From Tubiluchus corallicola (lineage: Eukaryota > Animalia > Priapulida), in NCBI GenBank assembly GCA_030141605.1, contig JAQGDQ010000297.1, positions 224,537 through 288,536 of the forward strand: DNA of 64,000 nt, given 5' to 3'. The position numbers were made by a program, and so were the translations under genes. Position 1 is the first letter of the stretch, and the number at the start of each line of letters is the position of its first letter. Shown here piece after piece: positions 52,963 to 64,000 of the stretch. The notes beneath the pieces were generated by a model. It was given only the letters and a program-made list of their open reading frames with translations, was not told where the DNA came from and made no database searches.

Positions 52963-54711
52963 ATATATTTATACTAGTGAAGTGCAGAATAACTGCGGGC
53001 GGGGCGGTACTTTACCGACTACGGTTAAAACTACCCAGGTTGGTTCGGCGCCAACACATGCAGAGCCCAGAAGTCTCCAACTCTTCTGACATCCATCCAC
53101 GAATATGCAAGAAAAACGATACCTCTATTTGCAAATTACATCAAGTAGTTTCAAAAACAACGATGAAGCAGAGTTTAACCATCGTGGATTAAGCTAAATG
53201 AACTACTAAAAAAGAAGAAAAAGCTGTTTTTAATATAGGCCAAATGTATAACTTGGCTTCAACAGAAACTTACATTTAGCGTGAAAGGGGTGTTCGGTAC
53301 TATAGCTTGGATGTCTTAAATTACTATATTTAATCTTGTTTTAATATTTTTCGTTGATACAGGTTTTTACTTTTTAACAAGTTTTTGTAGCACCTATGAA
53401 TCGATGCTGAATTGAATAAATACGCAAAACGTGACTATCCCATTGGATTTTACATATATTTCTTAGTAATTTTTTTTTTCGGTTTATAGAATGAAGCTGT
53501 TTGACTATAAAAATTATTAAAATTGGTTCAAAACAATAGTAACTACAGAAAAGTAAACAATAGTAACAATAGAAACAGTAGAATGGTAACAATAGTAAAC
53601 AATAGAATGTTAACATTCTTTGAGATAGTCTAAGTATAATTTTTCCAACTAAGCGATATTTGCACAGCGTGCCATGAACATAATCATATGTCTACATTTG
53701 TAAGATTAATGATAAATGGTTTACCATTTACAGCAGGTAAATTGAACAGCAATAATTACATAGGCCCTTGTTCGCTTTGGTAAAAATATTACTGTAAACT
53801 TGGAACTGCTTTGTTACTTCATCTTTCGTACTTCTTCCAACTCAAGCGGCATCGAGAAAAATGCTAATACCAAACCTAATGAAGTAGTTATCCACTTTAT
53901 GATGGGCATTTCCTTACGCGAAAGATAAAAAATCAACCGCAATTAAGTTGAAAACCGTTTTTTCCTGATATTAGGATATTTATTATGAAATGATGAATAT
54001 TGGTTAATTTTATCAATTTTACGAAATGTTAAGTCTCAAAACAGCATTCATAAATTTTATAAATTTTATAAATCGACACTAGAGATTAGTAAAATGCACG
54101 CATAAAAGCTAGGCTGTATCACTGGTGTTTAAAGGAAAACAATACGATTTTTCAATATTTTCGTTTTCAGAATATCCTAACCCATCCAGTAAATGTATAT
54201 GTTTTAACAAATTTTCAAAGGCAGTTGGGTAGAAAAAACTCAATAAGCGAGTAACCTAATGCTCCGCATTCTGGTCTAGTTGTTTATTTTAAAAATGTTC
54301 ATACAGGAAATTTTTAAGCAAAAAATAGCTTGTTTACAAAAACATCCTGTGCATAATATCATGAAATACAACACATCCTAAAAATTCATTGTTATATTAT
54401 TATTTAGAAAACAACAATTTACAACAATATTGCGGTGTTCGTTGAAGATAATGCTATGCGTGGAGCAGGCGCAGATTTCTGGAAATATTCAAATTACTGT
54501 TAAGGTCTAGGTTTGATCAATTTTATAGTAGATTTACGCGCTTGTAGCGTATCAAATGACTGCAAATTTAAAATCGCGGAGACTAAAATAAAACGGCAGT
54601 TAAACGAATTTCTTCATAAACTGAACGACGACTCATTAATTATTCAAACGAAGCGAATAGTCGCTTAACTCTGATTTCTTACTTGATTCAGTAAGAAAAT
54701 GCTTTAATATA

Positions 54712-55681
54712 CCGTAAAACGGGGTGAGTTCGCCACCCGAGGGTGAGTTCGCCACCCCTTACGTAAGGGCCATTGTAGGTTTGCTGTAACTATTGTTCAG
54801 TGTTTAATGAACAGATATCATGATCACCGTCATTATAAACAGTTTGGGACAGTTATCTTCTTTCAATTCGCACTAGAAGTATTCCATTCTGCGTTACATA
54901 TTATTTGTCTACTATTTCTTGCTACTTAACATGCCACGCACCTGCACCCCTGTACCGGGTCATAGATACCAAAATTATACCCCAGAAGCTCTGGAAGCTG
55001 CCCTACATGCCGTCAAGAATACCAACAGGACAATCAGCGCAGCGGCGAGGCAATTCGGAGTTCCAAGAAAGACCCTTTCTGACAAACTCTCAGGAAGTCA
55101 TCCGCGGAAGACCGGAGGTCAGCCAGTGTTCTCCGCCGCCGAGGAGCACGAAATCGCCAACACTCCAAGTGGCCGCTGAATGGGAGTTCCCAATGACTGC
55201 CATCGATCTCCGATTACTGACTAAGAGTGTTCTTGACGCGAAGGGAATCCAAGAACGACGATTCAAGGCAAACACCCCTGGAATAGACTTTGTTAAATCA
55301 TTCGCCCGAAGGAACAATCTGGTTTTCAGAGTGGCTGGCAACATCAAGGGCGCCCGCGAAAAGATCAGTGCACAAGACGTTCAAGCCTTCCTTGCCAACG
55401 TAGAAGTTTCTATTTGAAAACTAAAACTAGACATTTTTCATAATTTTTTCATAGGGTGGCGAACTCACCCCCAACCAGCCAATCACAACCAGTTAACTTC
55501 AGCTGCCTAGAATGGCATTAAAGAGTGTAAAATCGTTAATGGCGAATTCACCCCACGATAGTGTTTCATTCGAAAGGCAATATAAAGCTTGAACTAAGAA
55601 AATTGGTTTGGTAATTCTCTTGCTATGGCAGGAAACGTAAAAAATACCCCTAAAAAGTGGCGAACTCACCCCGTTTTACGG
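54712..55681 (+). mobile_element. pogo/Tigger-like (Tc1/mariner superfamily) internally deleted DNA transposon
   Basis: Perfect 25-bp TIR ccgtaaaacggggtgagttcgccac / gtggcgaactcaccccgttttacgg, TA TSDs (54710-54711, 55682-55683) and subterminal copies of the gggtgagttcgccac motif. Confidence 0.93.
54931..55417 (+). pseudogene. Truncated, frameshifted pogo-type transposase (psq-HTH + CENP-B-type HTH, no DDE domain)
   Basis: MPR...YTPEALEAALHAVK...ISAAARQFGVPRKTLSDKL...GGQPVFSAAEE, then a frameshift near 55160, then LQVAAEWEFPMT..DLR...PGIDFVKSFARRN..L. Confidence 0.88.
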
Positions 55682-58600
55682 TAACTGGGTAAGTACATAC
55701 GGGAAAAGAAGCATGCGATTTTAAGGTTAAGAAGCCAAATAATAGCAGGGCATCTATCAAACAAAACCTCGGACTCCATAAAGGGACTATGAGGCAAACT
55801 TTAAAAAAGGTACAATTTTTATATACTTCCCCTGCCCGAGGAACGAATTAAGAGGACCACCAGGAAAATTATTAAGAATCTTTGCGATTACTTTTTAATT
55901 ACGATTTAAATAAATAATGGGAATTATAATATAATAATAATAGAAGTTGGTAGGTCTATGTTGATTTTTCAGAAATATTATCAACAGGTGCCCTACTCTG
56001 ACAACACGTATTGACAATTTTGGAGCTCGCTACCAACATTTTTCGTAATTATGTTTCTTCCTAAATTAACATGTTCGTTCTATTAAATTAGATACATAAT
56101 GTGTGTTTAATTAGGGACGTCAGGAAGTGGTTGCCTCGTCATGTACAGAATAAACCGAAAAGACGACAAAAATCGGCAAAGGCATGAGAAAGAGCTTTTA
56201 ATTTTGATAAGATAACATTTGCAGCTGTGAGAGCCATAAGAAGACATGTTGGTTTCATGGATATTCATATTGGTTTCTCAACGAAAATGGCAATAACAAA
56301 TGAAAAGAGTAAAACAGAGTAAAATAAGAAGTATTTTAATGACCAAAATACTTTTTAGTTTACTTGTGATAACTTTCACGAGCATAACTTTCAACCATAG
56401 AGGATTATCATTTCTTAACACCATGTAGAACATCTTTGATGCTCTCATGCAAAGATTCACGACAGCTTTCTTCGTTCGGGTTGTCTTCGGCCTCTAGGGT
56501 CTCTGGCTGCGCTCTCACCAGCTGCGCCTTCACCATGCTCAGAAACGTGACTTCGTTAGACTTCGCAGCCAACAAATGCGTGTTCCCCAGTTAAAACTGA
56601 CCTGTTTACTAGATGCTTTTACGGCCTGTCGAGTACTTAACAACCAGCTATACAGACACAGGAGTGAGCAAATACAATAAGTTTAACTTGCTTTCCTGCA
56701 GCATTTCAACGCGTTTCCCAGAAAACTAGAGATGACAATCGCAGAGGAAGTGAAGGAACTGGAAAACATTAATTGTCTTGAAATCCTTTTTGTTGATTTT
56801 GCAAGCGTGAAATGGAAAGTTCATACGGGCACGTAGCAGGTTAATGGGTCAGTAATGTAACAAGTGACTCGCATTATGGGATAACGCTCCGCATCCATTG
56901 CAATCTCTGCCGGTTAGTGAACTCTCTCCTAAGAAAATTTCCCGCCAAAATTTGTGAACCAGAAAGTCGCTTTTGTAGAAATATTCCAGAGATATATAGC
57001 ATGTGTTGTATACATGCTGCGTATTATTGTGTATAATTTAATAGTTTAGGCTTCTTGCCCAATGTAGCCTTGTATTATCATTATATTATTTATTATTTAT
57101 ATATTATATATCATATATTATTTATATATTGTTTCGATTTACAGATATAATTGGCTGAAAGTAAATTCAGTTAAAAAGCCTGGAAAGACTTGGTAGTCCA
57201 ATAGGGACATTTGCGTAGCTATGCTAAGTAACATAAACTGTCTGTCTGTCTGTCTGTCCGGGTCACAGTTCCTCTATCCGTGTACGAACTATCAACAGCA
57301 GCAGCTTAAACTCTACAAAGCTAAGCTTTCAAAGATAAGCGATTTCAGTAAGTACAAATTTTGAAATTTTAATCTCAGAAGACTAGTTAACAGTGTTACA
57401 ATGACAGTCGCCACCGCCAGCATCATATTCATCATCATCATACCGTCAGCAACAAAAACAAAATATCACCGTTAACAAGAAACTTAACTTAAGTAACAGT
57501 AACAAAAATGCAATGAGTAGTGAATTATGCCTTGATTTGGCTTTGTAATTCAAAAATTTACAACTGATTTGCTGGTTAACAGGTTAAGTAGCATTTCAAA
57601 ACATGCTACACAGCTTGACCAAAAACATAATTAAATATTAATTGTAATTAAAGTGTAGCATACCGTTAGGTAAGCTGGCTAAACAAGCAACATGTGAAGA
57701 CTCTAGAATATGCCACTACGCCTAAACACTTGTTTAGGGAAAACTACCTTTTGGGAAGCTATGCAGGTGCTTCAAACTATTACCAAAACCCACCTGATAG
57801 ACTGCAAGTACGTACATTGTCAGTCCGGTTGGGTTTGACCACATTAAGCGTCTGTTATCGGTGTTTTAAAAGTATATGCTCTCACAGTTTTTTACCAATG
57901 GTTCCTAGATGTTGGCAATTTGGTATTCGTTTTCTTACTGCAATATCCGAGACATTCCTAGATTTCATAAAATGCCGACATTTGTTTCTTTGCTGATTCA
58001 ACTTTATTTGCTATAAGATGAACATAAAGGGATGATCTTCTACAACTTATATACTCAACTAAATCAGTATTTGCTGAATTCAAGAAGCAATTTCCCGTTT
58101 CATTGAGCCTATGTGCTTATAACGCACGGAAAACCATTTACCACAGATTTTGAAGAAACGCCATCAGAAACTCCAATGCCTTTCTCTATACGTAATCAGG
58201 CACATTTTTGCATGGATTTGATAACGGTAACAGTGTCTATTTTCTTAAAAGTAATTTCTAACTTTGATCAGTAAGTTTTGAAAATTTAATAACCAAACAA
58301 TACTGCAGTACATCTGACGTGTACAGTCAAGTTGGTAATAGTCGAAAGTATCATTCAAGTGTTTTATAATAAATGGTAATTTTCGTGCAGTACTTATACA
58401 AACGACTTAAAAAAGACAGTTTGAACCACTTTTTAGTTTTTTACACAAGAGTTTGCAGGAATTGAAATGTTTGTGAATTGAAATAATTATAGGCAAAAGT
58501 AGCCGAAATTTGACAGACGCCAAAGCGGTAGGCCTAGACTATTGTACAATTGCCGGCCGCAGAATTAATTTGCTTATTTGCGAAAAGAAGTTTTGCTGTT

Positions 58601-59319
58601 AAAAACTATAGGACTAATCAGTAACCATTCATGCACGCTTGCAAAGCACGTAGACGTTCACTGTTGCATTAAACTCTTGTATTTTACTTAGACGTATCTT
58701 TCGCGTTTATTATCCTTAGAAATAAACTTGTGCATTCTTGAGTTTCCACATAAAATTTTGTCAGTGGCGCAGAAAATTGACGTAATATCTGCTGTAAAAC
58801 TTTATATGAAAACAATAAAAGAAGCAATGAAGCGATCATTTTTCAGACGAAATTTGGATAAACGTATAATAGATGCATTACAGTTTTTCGTCGTAAACTT
58901 CACTGTTTGTAAAGATTATAAATTTTAATTTTACTGACCCTCAACTGCAAGTTTTCCAATCGTATGAATAAAGGATACCTATATCAGCGAAAGATATGCA
59001 ATATGCAAGATACACAACCGAAATACCTGATTCATTTTTATACAAATCACCCCAAACGACACCAATGGCCATTCAGGGTAAGGGGCTGCAATAAAAAGGT
59101 GATATGATGTTTGATCGTAATTTATTATATTGTGCTAATTTAAGCTTCTGTACGCTATTTCGTAAAATTTACATTTTGTGTTTGTATTTGTAAAACCATG
59201 TGTTGTAAAGTTCTTTGAAGCTATTTGAAACAACAACAACAGCAGCAATGTCAATGGCAGCGGCTGCTACTACTATACTAGTACTGCTAGTGTTATTATT
59301 ACTACACTACCACTACCAC

Positions 59320-59681
<362 letters not shown>

Positions 59682-60561
59682 CCTCTGCTGTTGCTACTAC
59701 TACACTATATGAATACATAACCAGAAAAACAAAATTTGTTACAACTACATTGCAGGTATAGAAGGTAACAATTGATATTTTTCTAAAAAATAATTTTCTG
59801 GTACAGAATTCTACAAATTAGAAGCCCACGAGAAAAATTGGATTTATAAGCGCACGTTCTACATCTAGGAACGATGGGGTTAAGTCTCTGAGAAGCAGCT
59901 GAAAGGGCGAGTACAAAAAACAAATTGTCGGCCTTTAGGAACCAGTGAGTAGGGGTTCTCGTGAGAGCGTCTTCTGTACTGTCAGAAAACTTTGAGAAAC
60001 ACGTTTCTTTTCCGATAAATCCAATTCATTTGGTTATGTACATACATTTAGTGAGACCCAAACAACACGCATCAAGTCACAACTCTGAACATCTGTCTGC
60101 CCGGTGAAATAAAGTAGTTGCGATACTTGCGAAGGTGTAGGGTACTCCAGCCATGTGCTACAACGGTATTGTACTCCTAGCCATAAACCATGTCTTTGAC
60201 GGTACTCCATAATAGACTCGTGTCCGTCATAATAGACTCGTGTAGCAATCGAAGTTTCGAACTTGGCTTCCCTGAGTGAACGAAATAGGCATACTGACAA
60301 GCTTACTGCAACAGACTCGGCACATAAAGAGGAATAAAGATGAAACAAATTTACAAGCAAGGTACTGCTGTACAGCAACAACAGCAAAGTAGAGAAAAAC
60401 GATTAAACTTTTAGACTGCTTCAACGTTCTGGCTTTGACAAAAGCTACCGAAAACCGGTTCAAGTCTGACCAGTGACGTACAGTTAAAAAGACGAGCATC
60501 AAGTGTTCACAACTGCATAATCTTAGCTAACTGAACACAACAGAGCCCTATGTTGAAAAGG

Positions 60562-60865
60562 GTGTTCTGGCATCTCTAGCCATTACGGAACACTAAACTA
60601 CCATTAAAAAACAGTGTTCTGGCATCCTAGCCTAAAAACAGTGTTCTGGCATCCTAGCCTAAAAACAGTGTTCTGGCATCCTAGCCTAAAAACAGTGTTC
60701 TGGCATCCTAGCCTAAAAACAGTGTTCTGGCATCCTAGCCATTACGGAACACTAAACTACCATTAAAAAACAGTGTTCTGGCATCCTAGCCTAAAAACAG
60801 TGTTCTGGCATCCTAGCCTAAAAACAGTGTTCTGGCATCCTAGCCATTACGGAACACTAAACTAC
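60562..60865. repeat. 27-bp minisatellite with interspersed 51-bp variant units
   Basis: cagtgttctggcatcctagcc occurs at 60612, 60639, 60666, 60693, 60720, 60771, 60798 and 60825; the extension attacggaacactaaactac occurs three times. Confidence 0.95.
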
Positions 60866-62634
60866 GGTGACTCGCTATACATGCAAAGTGGCTGTACGTC
60901 GCCTATTCCTAAATATTCGCCTCATTGGGAACTCGATAAAAACATAGAACTGTTTAAGCTAAGGCCGACGCTGCCTGTCGCATAAAAGCCGTTCAATTGT
61001 CTTTCAACATAAAAGGTAAAAACACGAAACTGTCTACAAAAACACAAAAAACACGCCGAGTAGTATAGACAAGCTGTCTGCCTAAAGCAAAATGCAGCAC
61101 TCACCAAACCCAATAATGTCGATCCATTCCAGGCGGCAATTTCGGATCCCACTTATGTGCCCCAGTGTAACGGATCCGGGTCCTTTTCAGGCGCCGATCC
61201 GTCTCCTCAGAATGTATCGAGCGGCATACAAGTTATGAAAGTACTACAGCAGACGAGAAAAGTAAAAAGATACGGAATGCGAGTGTAAATTTAACTTTAT
61301 TGCACAACCGGTAACTCCAAAAGAAGGACATGTGAACAGACTTTTGTATAAAAATTAGCAAGTCTACAGCATTCACCCTTACAGACAGAAAGGCCAGGTT
61401 GGAATCGTCAAATTACGACATGCATTCTGTTTTATACAGGTACATTTGCATTACTGGGCTTCTCGACTATACCCATTACTAACATTATGGGGTTAGTCAA
61501 AACCTGTCTTCGTAACAATATTATGAGATTATATATTGAATCAATATAACGAGTTGTTGCATTGGCTGAACAGCTGTGAATTATTACTTAATTTACAGAA
61601 GATAAATGATTATTTAATTCAGTATTTAAGCTCATATTTAAGCAGTATGCCAATTTTTCCTGTCATCAAATTATTATTTTAAATGCATCAGCACCGTTTA
61701 TTTACCGAAATTGGTTTGGCTATGGGAGCACTATCTTGTGTCTGCGGAGATGTATTAGGTCTATGGATGTTGTTGAGACAAGTTAAGTCATTTTTGGATA
61801 TAGTGTTACAACGCCAACGCTATAATTGATGACGTTCTAGTTTCTGTTCATGAAGTGCTTGTGTAAGTTGTTGTTGTTGTAGATCTATCACTGTTTTGCT
61901 TGACTATTTTAATCGGCAGATTCTTGACTATTTTAATCATCTAATCTTTACAGATGTGCATTAAAATTGAATTTGCTTACACGTATTTCAAAGTTTAATA
62001 CTGTTGAAATCACAAATATCGCAAATCACGAATGTCATTTATCGTCATCGTCATCATAATTTGTTCCATCCATAGATTAAACTTGATAATTACTGCTGAC
62101 ATATGCTGTCCACTATATATTATTTCCCAGTACGTACACACAGACCTTTTGCCCTCTTGATTGCGCGTACATACGTCACAGGGGGCTTCACGCACGTAAT
62201 CCAAGAACAAAACATACATTTGTGGCTGCATTGTAATGTAATTATACGGTCTCTCATTACAGTGCTGTTCAGACGATAACTATTATTTCATTTTGCCATC
62301 ATTTATCATTTTGCCTTTAACATTCTGCGTAAGTTTTGTAAGCCAAAAAGCGTTAGAATGAGGCACAGAACGAACAATGAACTAAACATTTTTATACTGA
62401 AAGGGATATAGCAATTTTCACGCTAATTAACTAGCATTTGTTATAATTAGTTAATTACTCGCCTATCATTGCTACTACAAGCCTGTTATGTCATTACAGC
62501 ATTTTTTACTTTCAATTAAAACTAAAATGCCCACCAAAAAATTATTATTTTTGCTTTGTGGAAGTTAGGTTTGCAATAGGCCACTTCTGCTTCCTATGAC
62601 TGACCAAACCACGAATTATAATTTTCCAAATTAA

Positions 62635-62670
<36 letters not shown>

Positions 62671-62806
62671 TGATATATCTACTTTATTATGTAGTGTCTA
62701 TGTAATTATCAAATGCGTTGATATATAACTAGTATCTTATAGATGACTCTGATTGGTTGTGTACTACTAAGAGGAGATTTGAGACGTACTCTACATGTAA
62801 CTATGG

Positions 62807-62886
62807 TGAGCCAATTCCGTTAAGTGACAGAGCGTGCAACCTGCACGTAAGCACATGGTTCTGGGTTCGAGTCCTGGTTGTCTCAT
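62807..62886 (+). pseudogene. tRNA-derived relic (SINE head or tRNA pseudogene)
   Basis: B-box/T-arm ctgggttcgagtcctgg and an imperfect acceptor-like stem gagccaa/ttgtctc; D and anticodon arms do not fold well. Confidence 0.35.
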
Positions 62887-63635
62887 TATTTTTTAACTAA
62901 TTAGCCATTAGATTAATTGTTGTCAAGGTGATTTTTACTTAATGCCCATCTGTATATATTGAAATATTACTATTTTCGAAGAATGTGTTGTTGCTAGAAA
63001 CGTGACTTTTTTAATTTGAAAATTATGCATGCTTGATTGAATGACATTTAGGCTCTAATGTTGCTACTGCACATAAAACTGTGCTGACATTGGCATTTGA
63101 GTACACTCTATTATTCTTCTCAGCGGAAGAGCTTTCAGTAATTTTAGGGCTTGCTTAATCTTCTCAGAAGTTGTCCAGCTAAGGTTTCTGTTTAAATTGA
63201 CATGGGATGGGACCGTGCGACAGATAGCACAGAGTTGTGACTTGATGCGTGACGTTTGGGTCCCACTAAATGTATGTACATAACCAAATGAATTGCAATT
63301 ATCGGAAAAGAAACGTGTTTCTCAAAGTTTTCTGACAGAAGACGCTCTCACGAGAACCCCTACTCACTGGTTTTTAAACTCCGACAGCTGCTTCTCAAAG
63401 ACTTAACCCGATCATTCCTAGATGTAGAACGTACGCTTATACATCCAATTTTTCTTGTGGGCTTCTAGTTTGTAGAATTCTGTACCAGAAAATGATTTTC
63501 CAGAAAAATATCAACTGTAACCTTTTATACCTGCAATGTAGTTGTAACAAATTTTGTTTTTCTGGTTATGTATTCGTATAGTGTAGTAGATGCAACAGCA
63601 GAGGCAGGTGCTGCTACTACTGCTGTTGCTGAAGT

Positions 63636-63639
63636 TGTA

Positions 63640-63714
<75 letters not shown>

Positions 63715-63715
63715 A

Positions 63716-63813
<98 letters not shown>

Positions 63814-64000
63814 ATAAATAGTAGTAGTAGTAGTAGTAGAAGTAGTAATAATCAGTACATTAGTAGTAGTAGTGGTACTAGTTGTGATTATTATTGTAAT
63901 TATTATCTTCATTGTCGTTATTGTCATATTCTCGTTATTATCGTTGTTGTCGTTCTTATTATTATTAATATTGTTATTATTATTATTATTATTATTATTA
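63636..64000. repeat. (GTA)n microsatellite grading into (TTA)n/(TTG)n low complexity
   Basis: Seen directly. Confidence 0.95.

Noticed and set aside
56278-56460. Hydrophobic ORF as the Trk signal peptide
   Set aside because: It ends in a stop with no Cys cluster or compatible donor.
61383-61450. Cys-rich minus-strand stretch CKCTCIKQNACRNLTIPTWPFCL with a phase-2 donor as the Trk LRRNT exon
   Set aside because: An in-frame stop lies immediately upstream, with no usable acceptor or signal peptide.

Overview
AT-rich, repeat-laden animal (invertebrate-type) genomic DNA with spliceosomal genes; nothing prokaryotic. Two genes lie on the minus strand. (1) A Trk/NTRK-family neurotrophin receptor tyrosine kinase, for which 14 exons were reconstructed by hand between 18051 and 33332: 3 LRRs, LRRCT, Ig1, Ig2/d5, juxtamembrane, TM with NPxY, and the kinase with DYY and a C-terminal YIDVI. 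The signal-peptide/LRRNT exon was not found and may lie beyond a >30 kb intron or outside the window. (2) A Sulfotransfer_2 (CHST8-14/HNK-1ST-like) carbohydrate sulfotransferase with a large terminal exon at 5123-6432, a Q/N-rich stem and an atypical 5'-PSB loop. Main finding: the N-terminal half of the Trk ligand-binding Ig2 (d5) domain is encoded by two tandem, homologous, phase-identical exons (26376-26549 and 26110-26307) separated by only 68 nt. This predicts mutually exclusive splicing, so one Trk gene could make two receptors with different ligand-binding surfaces (FGFR IIIb/IIIc-like). Also present: a GC-AG intron in the kinase, hAT/pogo/piggyBac/Kolobok-like non-autonomous elements, two truncated LINEs with TSDs, Penelope-type hammerhead relics in inverted repeats, a higher-order satellite, and a long inverted repeat at 59.4-63.9 kb. 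All exon calls are manual and lack transcript support.
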